NCBI GenBank assembly: GCA_977030845.1
Contig: OZ365111.1
Span: 23,436,001-23,500,000 of the forward strand
Source of the DNA: Fimbriosthenelais zetlandica
Lineage: Eukaryota
Direction: 5' to 3'
DNA: 64,000 bases
The position numbers and the translations under genes were made by a program. The notes below the pieces were generated by a model that was given only the letters and a program-made list of their open reading frames with translations, was not told where the DNA came from and searched no databases. Numbering within the stretch: the stretch's first letter is position 1; every line of letters starts with the position of its first letter. Shown here piece after piece: positions 37,672 through 51,300 of this stretch.

Positions 37672-39620
37672 GCAATCTTTTTGAGAGAATATATACATGC
37701 ATCAATGGACTGTCAGGTTGGATGTAGCAGGGGAATCTGGAGGGAGATGATCGCAGGCAACGAGAGTATGAAGATGGATTGGATGAGTGAAAGATTGAAC
37801 AAATAAAGGAATGAAATGTCGGATGGATGAATGATTGAATGCATCACCATAATGGCAAATGCCACTCACTCCCCCTGTGCTCACTTCATGGACCCTGCTC
37901 CCACCGAGTTCACTAAATTCAATATTCACTTCTGGTTTTTGATATGCCATTTATTTTAGGAACCAAGAAAATTTTAAGTTTAAAAACTTTTGGAAATTCT
38001 TTGGGGTTGGCAGAGTAATGTGGGCGAATGATTATTTATTGCTCTTTTAATATTTTTATTTATTTTAATTTTCAATTTTTGTTGATTATTCTTATATCCT
38101 TCTTATGGTCCATTTTCTCAATGCAGATGGCCACTGAACTTTATTTTGAAACAATTTGAATCAATTTTCATACAGTATCAGGACAATTTAATATGGAGAA
38201 ATATTGAAATTATTTTGCAACATAATCCATGATTGATCCCAATATTATTATTCAAAACATTTTAATATGTTTGGGAAGGAATAATGAAAATGTTATTAGC
38301 TAGGTCTTAGCATTTGAAACATATTAAAAGAGAACAATAAACTATTTTGAACATGATGAAGAAAGTCATTTGGGACACTGGGATCATATTGCATATTAAG
38401 CCATAATTAATTTCATCTTATGAAATGGGCATGCCCTTTTCATAACAAACTTATGAAACAAGGATCAACCACGAATTGACCAGTGGGTTAAATAGCATAA
38501 TTATCTTGTTTCTGAAAAAAGCTCCTGATCCACCCTTGCTGTGTGATCGATCGGTTTATGTACATATTCCTATATAATATGACTATAGGACTATTACAAT
38601 TGATTGCAAAGGTCTACAACCAGGACTGAGGGAGTTTTGAGGTTTTTAGATCGTCTGTTATAATACTAATCTCATATGTTTGTCAGAAACCGATTTTAGA
38701 AACGATAATGATATTGTCGCTTATGAAATCGATTATATTATAACAATTTCAATATTATCACTTAAAACTGTTCCGAGTGAAATTTCGGATGTCGCCTTAT
38801 CGGTTTATCGCATCACTTTTTTTTTTAACCTTATAGAGGGGCCCAGACATTTTGAACTGACGATATCATTAACCAATATATAAATAGGCCTATACATCCA
38901 AGTCTAGTATAGAAGTTCCCTTGGCAACTTGATGATAATATTTAACAATATCAGAATTAATCACGATAGATTATGATTGGGGAGCACCTGCAGAGAAAGC
39001 ATGTCAGCTTTGAAGGGATAGAAGCTATATTAGTAATCTAGCTGCTGAATGAAATTGAACTCTTTGCGTTACGCTGGGGGATGAAAATTCTTAGTTAACG
39101 AGCTTGCACAGTATAGGCGGGTGGAACTTCACCTGTTTGACAAGTGTGATTGCCTGATGATCTATGAGTGTTAATGACTGGCTTTATCAATGTTTAATCA
39201 TTCTATCTCATCTGGTTAGCTTGAATGACTAGCGTCAGTGATGGATGACGTAATTTGGGTTTGCCTTATCAGACACATTCTGTATCTATGACTGTCTTCT
39301 TCCTTCCATTTTCCTCCATCAGCCTATTTCTTCCCTTGTTTTTCCCTTGTGTTTTATCATTCGGTCATTCAATTATTTATTTATTTATTCATGCATTTAC
39401 TCAACCAGTGTGTCAATCTGTCATTCGCTCATTCACCCATGAACATCCACACTCACCCCGTCACTCACTCGCTCACTCCATCTGTGAGTCATTCCTTCGC
39501 TCATTCCCTCGCTAAGTTATTCACTGGCTGATAGGGCATTCACTGACTCAGTCACTCACTCAGTCACTCACACACTCACTCACTCACACACCCCTTCAGC
39601 CCCGCCCTCCATCGCTCACC

Positions 39621-39701
39621 GCCCTCACTTACCCACTCACACCCTCACTTACCCACTCACGCCCTCACTTACCAATCCCACCCCCTCACTTACCCACTCA
39701 C
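39621..39701 (+). repeat. 20-bp minisatellite x4 within (CACT/CATT)-rich low-complexity DNA (39350-39830)
   Basis: Unit CCCTCACTTACCCACTCAC repeated at 39621, 39641, 39661 (variant), 39682. Confidence 0.9.
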
Positions 39702-40464
39702 TCACTCTCTCTTTCTCCCTCACTCACTGTCACCCACCCCCTCAATCATTTATTGATCACTCAGTCACTCTTGAAATCACTCACCCACTTAGGTAATAAG
39801 TCAATCAATCAGTCAGTCAATCAATTAATAAATCCATCCATCGGTTTCTCAGCCACTAAAGACTAGCTACTTTCTCGATATATTCTTCCCTTTCATTCTT
39901 TCTTCATTATGGCTCATAGCCATATGTTTGCACCTAATAACATAGCATAACCGGTACGGGTAATATGACAGGAGAAAAGTAGTAAACACTCACCTAAAAA
40001 CTTTGTAATGATATTGATTTTCCCAGATGGAAGCGGTTTTGAAGCAGCCATCACATCATCTTTTGCATATTTCTTTTGTTTTGTCCTTTTTTCATCAGCG
40101 GTGCTCGTCAGGATTTTGTTCTTCTTCACACTTCTTTAGAGTTATTTACCAGCTTTAAACCTGATCCCTCAAAGCTTTTTGCAATCTTGAAAATAAGCGA
40201 GCAGAGAGGATCCAGAGGATTTCCTTCATATTAACACAAAGATTTTCCACCAAACATCTGACGGTGGTAAAACCGCGCTCCGGGTTTTCCCCCGAAACCT
40301 TCACCATACGTGTAGGCTTACCCACGACATTTTCATCTATTTCTGTTTCTCCATTACTGCATTCATTTAAAAATCTTTCATTTGAATAGAAAGTTCAACG
40401 TCTCAAAATCTTATCCAATTTTCGAAGTAGAATAACTCATAAACCATCATAATGTCATTTTTCA

Positions 40465-40509
40465 AAAGTGTGGTTATAAAAACTGAAAGTGTGGTTATAA
40501 AAACTGAAA
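40465..40509 (+). repeat. 21-bp tandem duplication
   Basis: AAAGTGTGGTTATAAAAACTG twice. Confidence 0.9.
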
Positions 40510-41258
40510 AGGTTATGGGCTTATCAGTTTAATTATTAAAAACATGAATTACAGAACCCCGCGCATGTATATTTTACAGGACGTATATGTTCAATGTATA
40601 GTCTTTGTAACACTGGAAAGAACGTTTTCCTATCTTGGCAATGCCTTTTTCCTCACTTTCTTGGATGAGTAGATTTCTCCTTCCTTCCAGACACATGACA
40701 GCATCGATCCGCTTCATGTTTTGTCACAAGGGAATATTTACGTCATCGCGTCAGAAAAGGCTTGTCTAAAGACCTATTCGATGTCTCCTATTGAGAGGAA
40801 GACTCGCTGGATAAAATAGGTACTTTTGATGACAACAGACCTCTGGTGTATTGTCTGGATGAATCCGCCCTGATTATAGCTCAAAGAACGTAGTTACTTT
40901 AATGTGTTTGGTAAACATTATCGGTCTTAATGCCAAGTGCAGATGGAGTAGGAAGGTACGTAATGAGTGTTGGTATATATATGTGTAGGGCGATGGGTGG
41001 CTGGAAGGTGTGTTATAACTGCAACAGGCTATAATGATTATATTATAATGGTTCAGTGCATGTGGGTGTGGTAGTATATCTGCTGATTTGTATGGCGCAA
41101 AACTTCAAAGGAGACTTTAATATGTTTTATGTAGCGAAGTTCTTTAATTTCAGTCACAAGAGGCCTATGCATCACTAAGCAGGATCCTCATTTCGCATAA
41201 AAATGTCCTCATTTTCACACTAGACGGACACCTATTTTCCAATAAATGTTTGTGTATA

Positions 41259-41300
41259 AGAGAGTGAGAGAGAGAGAGAGAGAGAGGAAGAGAAGGAAAG
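41259..41300 (+). repeat. (GA)n microsatellite
   Basis: agagtgagagagagagagagagagaggaagagaagg visible. Confidence 0.9.
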
Positions 41301-41327
41301 ACCGACAGGGCAAGAGAGCGAGAGTTA

Positions 41328-42009
41328 AGCCGAGCCTCCACTGCGACGACAGTGTCGCACGACAATATCGCCACGACAAGCCTTTGTCGCAAGGTGTATG
41401 CGACAACGTATGACAGAAGCGACAATGGTCCTCCATTGCAGCGACATTTTCATGCAGAAATTGAAGCGACATGGGACGACAGAGGCCTCCATTGGTGCGA
41501 CACTGTCTTGCGACATTACCTGAATACCATCAGCAAATCATATGACCACATCAGCGACAACCTGCCTCCATTGCCGCGACAATGTCGTGCGACAGGGCCA
41601 CTTCCGGTTACCAACCGGAAGTCCCGTTTCGTTTCGCCCTCCCGCTAGGCTTTCTAAATCCTGCCAAAAAGATCTGCCTTTCGTCAGTTTAGACCTGCCT
41701 CGTTTATCTGACACCCTCTTGGAATGAGTATGGTCCTGCCACCTATCGGCTGTCGCACATTAACACTCTCCATAGCTTGTCGCACGACAAGTGCCTCCAT
41801 ACAGACGACAAGCTTGTGACAAGCTTGCGACAAGCTATATCGTGCGACAAGCTGCGACAATTTTGAACTCAATCAAAACTGTCGCAAGCACCAAGGGACA
41901 AGCTGACGACAACTCATATTGTCGCCTCTCTGTCTCTACCCCTGCCTCCACTGCGGCGACACTGTCGCAACCCTTGCGACAGGTTTGTCGCCGCAGTGGA
42001 GGCCCGGCT
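41328..42009. mobile_element. PIF/Harbinger-type non-autonomous element (682 bp)
   Basis: 24-bp TIRs AGCCGAGCCTCCACTGCGACGACA / TGTCGCCGCAGTGGAGGCCCGGCT (2 mismatches), TTA on both flanks (41325-27, 42010-12; TWA TSD is typical of PIF/Harbinger), many internal GCGAC motifs. Confidence 0.85.
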
Positions 42010-42062
42010 TTAGTTTAGGTCATGACCTCATGCACTATAATTTAACAAGCCGCTGCATGTTC

Positions 42063-42159
42063 ACCGGAAGTTACGTCATAAGCTGCGCATGGGCGCTGCC
42101 ATCTTTCATGACGTAGAACGGTCCCGTGAACAGTATGAACCTCGAGGCGCTGATTGGTT
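42063..42159. promoter_or_regulatory. Promoter signature next to the Harbinger element
   Basis: ACCGGAAGTTACGTCA (ETS+CRE-like) 42063-42078, TGCGCATG (NRF1-like) 42084, GCCATCTTT (YY1, minus) 42098, ATGACGTA 42108, CTGATTGG 42150. Confidence 0.55.
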
Positions 42160-45100
42160 GATGGCCGTGGCAACAGGATCAAATTAGGCTCACACACCAT
42201 TGTGATCCAATGTGACATGCTTAGTCAGGGGGCGGAGGTGAATTCTCAGGAGGGACAGTTGGCTGATTAGCAATATTACGTTAGGAAAACATGAAGCCAT
42301 CCTCTGCGCTTGTCCTCACAAACAACCAGCCGTATGAGCTGTGCTCTGTAATTTAGCGGCCCACTTCTTCCACCTTTTGTGTCATAAATTCTTACGTACC
42401 CATGACGGGGAGGGATTTTCTGGGAGATTGGATGCTGCCATATTCACGGAGTGAGTCCTGAAAATTCCTGGAATAATTGAGAAGTGGCCCAATTTTAAAG
42501 CCACTTTTAGCTTTTCCGAGATAGGCCTACCAGTGTAAGGATCGCTTTCAGTATAAAGGGGAAGGCAGGGAAAAAAGGACGAGAGAAGGAGGACTGGTCA
42601 TGAGCAGTTCATAATGCCTATGATCACTTCTGAGCAGCTGTGAGCAGATGGTTAAAATATTGTCAAGTTTGGCACTAATTAAAGACCTCGATCAGTGAAC
42701 TTAAGTGAGTAAAACAAATTGGCCACCAATATTATAGGCCTACTTATGATGAGATAGGTCTTGCTTCGTATAATTATGATCCATCTACACACTGCACAAG
42801 TGATGGGCATGAGTCCTACAATAAATTAAATAATTAGATTTTGATTTTGGAGTAAGGGTCGGCAGGAGTCGTGAATAAATTATGGTCAGAAAAGGGGTGA
42901 TCGGGGCCGTAGCATAGTGTCGTAGATCTGTGTAGCACAGTCATTTATCTTTTTCAGACTTTCTCTAACTTTGAATGCTAGCGAGTAAGGAAAAGTCTCC
43001 CCTTACAATCACGTAGTTCCGCCCAGCTCACAATCCGCTAAGCCTCTCAGTTCTGAGGCTTGGAAGTTGGAAAAAGATAGATGGATTAGCCCCACGCGAG
43101 GTGTGAACAAGAACCAAATTAGCAGCAACTTGTTACAAGTGATGACACAAGAGACAAATCTTATAATTAACCATGAATGTTTTCAGTCAGCTGAACTGGA
43201 AGGTCTGTGTTTTTTATAAGGAATCCCCGCAAGGAATTCCCTCGTTCCATTCCTCAATGAAAGGGCCTTCCTTCTAGTACTATACGTACTCTCCAGTGTT
43301 TTGTTTATTCATTCCCTCGTTGGTCTTCCCTCAAAGGGCTTCACATTCCAACTATTTGTGCCAATTTTAGATAAACGATAAGAGAATGGAAAGACATTAA
43401 ATTTTATTTTTTGAAGGAATTAAAGCCATCTTGCACAGGAACACTAATATGCAATGAGTCCTTTTTATTAAACATAGCTATGTAATGAAAAAAAAGATAG
43501 CTATGTCATGAAAAAAATGTCGGTGCATTATATATATAGCCGCTATATAGTAAAGTATGGACTATTATGGCTGGCATGCACAGACTGTGAATGACTGTAT
43601 ATGACTCTGCAACTAAAGAAAAACCGTCAACAATCTGGCGCGCTGATAATATATTATAATCAAGTCGCAAAGGCTATTATTGGTCGCTTGATTCAGGTCT
43701 GTGCTCTATCGACCGGCGGTGCACAAAGAGACAGACCAAGGCAGGTGAGTTAGTAATAAATCACCTATATAAGCCATGAACACGATCTCCAGAACGCTCT
43801 GGTCTGTTCCAGCCATATTGTTGCGGATCTTTATTCAGAAATAGACCCCTGATTATATTATGAGCAACTGTATTCTACACTGAACAACCTCACAGCTGAA
43901 CTTGATACCCTTGGCCATCAATTCTGCCATTGGTTCGTCATATGAGATAAATATGTGTAAAGCGTGTCCTTAGCAACTTAAGGTCGTTTGGGTTAAAAAC
44001 GGGACGCACGGAATGGAATCATTGTCATTGATTAGTGATCACAGTGAGCACATTAGTATTTGGTTACATCCCAGACACTAGACAGCAATTGACTGCGTGT
44101 TCTCTCTGCGTTGAGGTGTTGAGTTGTAAAAGGTGGGTGCTCGCATTGCCTCATGTCATGTCATGGCAGTGTAACTAGTAGCGTTTCATAGGCCGTTTTA
44201 TTTTTATAATACTGCCGCTATTGAATGGGGAATGTTTCCTGTGGTCCAAACTCAAAGCCATTTGGAAATACGTGTATAATTATTATAGTGTCTTCATTTT
44301 GATTTACATGATGCCAACTGGGCTTGTTCTTTTCTATAGTTTTGAAGTGTTTGTGCATTAAACTTTAAAGTTTCATTTAAAAACGCCGTCATTCTCTGTC
44401 AAACTCTGACATTAATAATTATTTTATAATTATTACGTAACGCATTTTAGTGAGAAATTTTTCACATTCACCCACCCCCTCTGTAACCTATTGTGAACAC
44501 AACACCCACCCACCCCATCTTGCATTACGTAATTAAATAATGCGGTGTAGTTTTTCCCATTTGAAACTGGCTAGAAGAAACTTGCACAAATAATTGTTTT
44601 CACTAAGTTTCCTTTGTCTGTTGCTTTTATTTTTATTTTGGCGATTCCATGCAGACGAAATTGCCATGCAGTGTTATAATATTATATAGGCTAATGTAGA
44701 GTTTTAGTTTATGTATTGAATTATAACATTCTTTATCAATATGGCCTATAGGCCTAATGATAAAAATAAAAGTAGATAAGACAAGCTTAGAAGTGAAAGA
44801 ATACAACAGTATGTTGAGGGACCGAGGCCACACGCCGGGCCGTCTGATGCACTTTAACCTTTGGTCTTAACCCGGGTGAATTGAAGAGCTCTAATCATAT
44901 TATCCTCTCTGAAGATTTGAGTCTATTAGACAGCCCATCATAGGGGTACTTCCTTAAGTGGTTCTGCCATGAAATAACAGTCTGTTTTCTCCAGCATGCA
45001 GCTATAATTATACTATAGTCCAACAGGTTCACTGTAAACTGTCCAAATTTATTTTCCGCTCGACGACATCAAAAGCTTGAATTCATAATTTCGATCGTGA

Positions 45101-45340
45101 TTGTGATTGAATGAGGTTTAACGTCACTTTCAACAATTTTTCAGTTATATCATGATGGTGCCTACTTGTGACAGTGAGCCCAATGCTCTTTTATTGTGCT
45201 GCCTCACTGAGGTATCATGCCGCAGGCACATGGCATGATACCTCACCCAGTCACATTATACTGACACCGGGTTGACCAGTCCTAGTATACTGTCCATCTT
45301 GTTGCTGAGTGCCAAGCGAGGGAGCCACTAGTCCCATTTT
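45101..45340 (-). mobile_element. 5'-truncated SINE (MetaSINE-like) with 15-bp target-site duplication
   Basis: Perfect direct repeat TAATTTCGATCGTGA at 45086-45100 and 45341-45355; minus strand starts AAAATGGGACTAGTGGCTCCCTCGCTTGGCACTCAGCA, recalled as similar to the Meta domain; internal 14-bp hairpin 45208-45245; short AATC-like tail. Confidence 0.7.
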
Positions 45341-48300
45341 TAATTTCGATCGTGAGAAATTGAAAGCTACAAGGAAGGTATCAATGGAAGTGGTGTCTGT
45401 CACCCTTTTTAATTTCAACTATGATATTACATTTTATTTCATCATAATAATTCAATTCCTGCTGATAATTTAATTCCGTTATTTCCTGTGATTGTTTATA
45501 CGAATTCGTTTATTTCTTTGAAGTTCTAGAATAAGTTGTTCATTTCTAACTACCAATACCAATACCTCATTTCATACCAATACCTCAGTTCATTATAAAA
45601 ATAGACACACACACACACTCACACCAAAGCAGGACACCAAAATAAGCACACCTTTTACCAGAATACCTTCAAGTTTATACCTTTCCAGTGTGGTAAATAT
45701 CCTTTTATTCAACTTTATATTCCATTATTACCCTAAATTAGCAATGTAGAGTGTTCGTTTATAGGGAAAATACTCGGAAAACATTCTTATTCCCTTCAAT
45801 CCTGGTTCCACTGTAACGTTGGTGGTGTTGGTTGAATCATAGGCATATATAGGAATGTCTGTGGTTGAATGTTTATAGCTCTCTGAGGGCTCCAACACGC
45901 GCCTGCTTTCAGCCTCGGACCTCGTGAAGAGCCTTGGGGACACCCAGGGGACAGCTTTCTTATGTGAGTTAACACCAATCGGACGCTGAGGATAAGCAAC
46001 ATGGCCCCCTGCTTGCAGACTTAAAAGCATTCTTGCATTGTATGTGGTATTTGTGGTATGCTCATGCATGGCAATGACAGATTTCAATTTTGGCATTGAT
46101 TTGTTGCTTTGTACGCCAGGGCGTGTTAATTATTTAGCTCTGACTAATAAAAAATAATCTTCATATTTCCTCGTCAACACATCAATTTGGTTTCTTCTCT
46201 TTTGATGGGAATATCCTAGAAAATTTATGTTTGTACCTATTTGCCCTCTTTTGATGGGGATATCAACACATTTATAGGCCTGAAGATCAGTAACATTTGA
46301 TATAACCTAGCTAAATCCAATGATATGCCTAAACGTTGCGTGACACGGACAAGAAAACACAAAAGTTTCTAAAGGCCGATAATTTACTGTTCTGCATCCG
46401 CTCCTATATATATGTTTCTGTATAACAGTTTCCTATCGTCGAACGTAATGCGTGCATCCTAAAGATGGGAAACTCATAAGATATATGACGTCACGGCCGT
46501 CAAACGTGTCGAGTGTCGTGATTCAATCAGTGTCGCTAAATGAACTGCATAATCTGCCTCCTCACTCACAGGACATCCCATTTGCCCTCATATCCCTCTG
46601 CCCTCCTTTATGAACGGGTCAAAATGAAGCTTAACTTTTACCTGCAATAAAACAGATTGAGCGTGGTTCAGTGGCAAGAGAAAGAAGGCCTTATGTATCG
46701 TTTCCGACAGGTCATCGATCGAAACCATTCTCAGGCGACAACTGTCGTTGAAAGGTACAACTGTTCCTCAGGGAGTTGTTGCCGATTGCCTCTTACTGGA
46801 AAGTGATTTTCAACATAAAATACATTAAATATAAATGGTCGAATTTTCTGCTTGGGTTGGATTGGTGATTGCTTGTTATCTAACCATGCAACCACCTATA
46901 AGCAAGAAGAAATTGATCGAAGTTTCTCTTAATCCTATATATATAGTTGTCGATAAAGTAATATATTCTCCAGATTTATCGCTTTGAATGTGGATAGGAA
47001 TAGATCAAAGTGGAATCGTTCATTAATATTTCTGGGTTTCTACAGCTAGTCATTAAATTGGCAAGGAGTAGATCGAGGGGTTTTCAGAAGTCGCCCATAT
47101 CAAGTCTAATGGTCTATTAAAGAATGATTTAGTGGTAAGATTACTTTTCAAATTTCTAACTAGAAAAACTACTAGGCCTACATTGTAGTGTAGGATAAGG
47201 ATATGTTCTACGAACTATTCTATGTGCTGATACAATTTCAAAATCTTTGGAATTGTACAGATTACAGATTTATTTTCTTGTATAAGATCACACAATCAGT
47301 TCACATCTGTTTACTTAATGCTCCTTAAACTGGATTTCAAGGGATTTTGACAAATTAACTATTTCATTTGTCACACTAAATTAGTCCCCAAGTTAGATCC
47401 CGACCTTGTTGGCGTTGTTAATTGTGGTACATTAGAGTTTAAATAATTCTTAAGCATTAGATCCAGCCGTTATCTAATTGCAACCTTGCCTATGAAAGAT
47501 GTGTTTACGAGGTAATTCCAAAACCTCGAGCATCACTCAGACATTCTATCGGACAGGTGGAATAGAATTAAATCCAGAGAGGCTTTTGAATCAGGTAGAA
47601 TAGAATCCATCATCTTAAACGAGTCTAGCACGGAAATTGTGACGAGTCTCATACTTTATTTTACTTTTCACATCTGTCGATACAACAGAATTGTTACTTA
47701 TCATGTTGCAACTCCACTTGTCTTAAAAATCTAAATATTAAAGGTCCTCAAACACAATGCCAACATATATACTGTGTTGTCAGTCTGGGTCTCAATCCGC
47801 CAATAAATCATCGTGAGGCCGACTTTTACCACATTCCCATCTGTCGATCGATCAGAATGAGGTTGATGTTGGCCTATTTCATTATTTCTATACAGTACAT
47901 GGAGGAATATCCCCATCGATTGATATTATGAAGGCTAGTGTGAAAAGGGCTTTTAAACGTATTCGATAACAATAATTATTGGTTGGGGCATTCCTCTTAG
48001 AAATTCTTTCTTCCCACCCCATCAACGACAGGAGTCCATTTCCCTTTAATACCTTGTCTTCTTCACTGTATGGGCGATGCTAGCTCCTTGAGAGAAGTGT
48101 CATTAACATATTTTTCCCCTCACCCATGCCTCTTTGATTCCTACTTTCCTTGCAGGGCTTTAACACCATGTCGCCGACACTCAATAACGTTGGCGATGGG
48201 GGAATTCATTAATGAATGGCGATACCAATTATGCAAGGAACAGTAAACCGATATCCCATTCACAGTTTTCTACCATATTTTGGTCTTCTTTTGTCTTAAG

Positions 48301-51300
48301 AGGATTTACACGCTCATCCCTCCTACCTAACGCCTCTATACACCTACGACCACCCATCCCCCACCCACCCACCCACCCACCCACCCCAATTGCCAATCCC
48401 AGCTACGTCCGTTTTGCACAGTCATGCAGATATATTTCTTGATGGATAAATAATAAATTATACAATTGTCAGTGTACCTCCTCCTGGGCTCTACTTGATA
48501 ACGGCCCGAGTCATTTCGCTCTAAGCCAGTCTGTCAGACCAAAGGATCTGGCCGGATAACACGCGGAACATTGAAATGATTACACAAGGGACAGAGGTGT
48601 ATTTGCTCAAAGATGAACTCACAATTCACTTCCAAATGAAGTACAAAGAAAGTTCACTGTGAGATAAGAAAGCACCGAATTAAGGGAACCGGAATATTTT
48701 TCGGCCAAAATTTGCAAACAAATGTATTTATTCTTTCCCACTCTATTACAATTGCTTGCAGTTTCTATAGAAACTGTTGGAGTCTTTCTTTGACAAAGGC
48801 CGAAACTGAAGCACAACATAGATTAAAATTAATATTGATTGAAGCACAGCGAAAACCAAAAAGAGGGTGACCTCTAATCTTTCTATAATTTATTTCGAAT
48901 CCTGTCGCAACTTAAATATAATATATTGATAGTCAAACTAGTAAACAATTTACATCAATATTTCTGCTGATCGAAGATCCTATATGCAAACAATGATATG
49001 CCGTACATATACATTATATAATTGATTTATTAAAAAAATTCTATTAATATTTGAGAAATAATATATCTGAGAAATAATATAATTACCTCAGTAATTTACT
49101 CATTGGCATGATGTGCTAATTTTACAGGTTTCTACGTACGGGAGGACCATTCCCTGGTCAGATTAATGGAGGCTGGGTCAAGCGAGGACATCTGTTTCCA
49201 TTAGGCCAAATTGTTCCTGCATTTAAGAACGTGTACTCGAAGATGTCCTAATGTTCATACGGGGATCGAAAGCTTCTATTCCATTTGCCTCTCAAATACT
49301 ACTGGCTACAGATATTCACTGGATCCAAATGGGGGCGTTGGAGCTCTGCCTAGTTCGCCATCCCACAAAGTTTAAGCTCATTAAGGTATGTTGTCTTACA
49401 CACCTCTTTATAGTATATGTTTTTTTACAATAAGAACAGTTATAGACCTGCTTATATTGAATGTATTAAATAATGCAAATTGTATTGCATTATATAGACT
49501 GCGCAATTTTCAGGCGGTCATGTGTTTTTAGCAATGCATTTTGCATCCTGTCAATGGAACATGTAATTGGCAGTGTGACAATTTGATGGTAGGCTATGTG
49601 ATATTGGAATGGAAATTAATATTTGATTTGCGAACAGATTTCCAAACGATACATAAAGAATTCTTTGCAAACATGTTTATCAATCTATGAAGAAAGGAAA
49701 TGTGCCTTCGCTTCCCATAGTGTACCTTGCCCATTTTCTTTGATTTCCCAATTGCTCCTCTCCTTAATGGTTCTATTCATCCATTTCTCCTTTTCGCTCC
49801 TGTGATCATTCTACTAGGAACATTTTCGTTTGCAACAATAACCATTCGAATACTATAGCAAATCAAACTGATATTTCGAATAGTTTAAATTTGCACTTTT
49901 CTACCTGACTATAATAATGTTGCATGAATGATGACCCATATGAGCAATGGCTGATTGAAATATCAGGAATGAATGAACTTCCACTTGATTGTTTGATCGA
50001 TTTCTGGAACCCCTATATAACAAAGGCTGCAATTTCCCGCGCCTGCATAATGCGCTATTGACAATGAAGCCTGATTATCCATGTCAGACACATTGTGACC
50101 CAATGCAAATTGAAATCTATACCAATAAGTGGTACAGCCATCTCCTGTATGCTCATCCACAGCACTCACGTTTTGTTCTGAATGACCTGGGGCCTGTTTC
50201 AGAAGAGAAATGCTCACTAAATTATCCCAAAGACTAATTAGGCCTTGATACCAAACAGTTTGTGAAGGGTCCAATGTTAATAATTATTTTGGGATTTAGT
50301 ATGTATATTTGTTCTTTGTTCTCATAATTCAAGTTTGAAGAAGCCCATCTATTGTCTTCTTACAATATTCAGAATGATGATAGGATATAAGCAATACCAT
50401 AAATTAGAACGAAGTGAAGCTCAATGAAGTAAAATAACCAATAAGAACCAATTGCTTTTTATATATATATATATAGTTTGTATAAATAGCCTACCCTAAA
50501 ACCCTAAGAAACTGCATACCAAATGAAACTGGTGCCAGCTTCCGGTTGTGATAATGCACGCATGCTCACCAACTCACTTCCTGCTGATGGTGAAATAGTG
50601 GCTTCTGCATCGGGCACACACACGACACGAATCCCAAAAGACTGCCGGGTAAAGGCTGGATATGTTATGATAGGAATGCAGTTCGTTCAGCCTATATGTA
50701 CAGCCACTGGACCTTGTTTATAAAGATGGCAGTTGTACCACTATCTCAGTGCGCTGAGCTTGCGGCCATTTGCAGGCTCCAATCCTGATCCAGGGATAGC
50801 ATTGAATTAAGGCAAATAGTGTTTCTAGAACTAGTCAGTGGGTCAGAATCGTGCTTCACTCATGTCCAGACAGAAATATTTTATAACATTTTATAAGCTC
50901 AAATTGCAAGAATGTTACCCAGACTTCATAATCAAATTCCCATTCATGAGTTTATGCTTTTGATAGACCTAATGGATCTCAGAAGAACTTATCCTGAACA
51001 ATCCAACCCCGTAACACATCGTAGTTCTTAGGCCTCGTAAGTACAATGTAGATCCCAATGGAAAAGTTAGACAAAGTTGTGTCTCAAGAAAACCTTTATG
51101 CAAAGACAAGTTTCTATTCAGTTTACAGTGGCCCTTCTCGTGGCTCACCTGACAGGACCCCACCAAACAACCTCTAGTGATTTCTTATAACCTCCGCCGT
51201 TTAATTACAAATGATAGATTACATTGCCAAGGTCGGGCCTGAAGTTCCAATAATCTAAAGGCACACCCACTGGGTGGTACATTCCGCTTATGGGGCCGCG

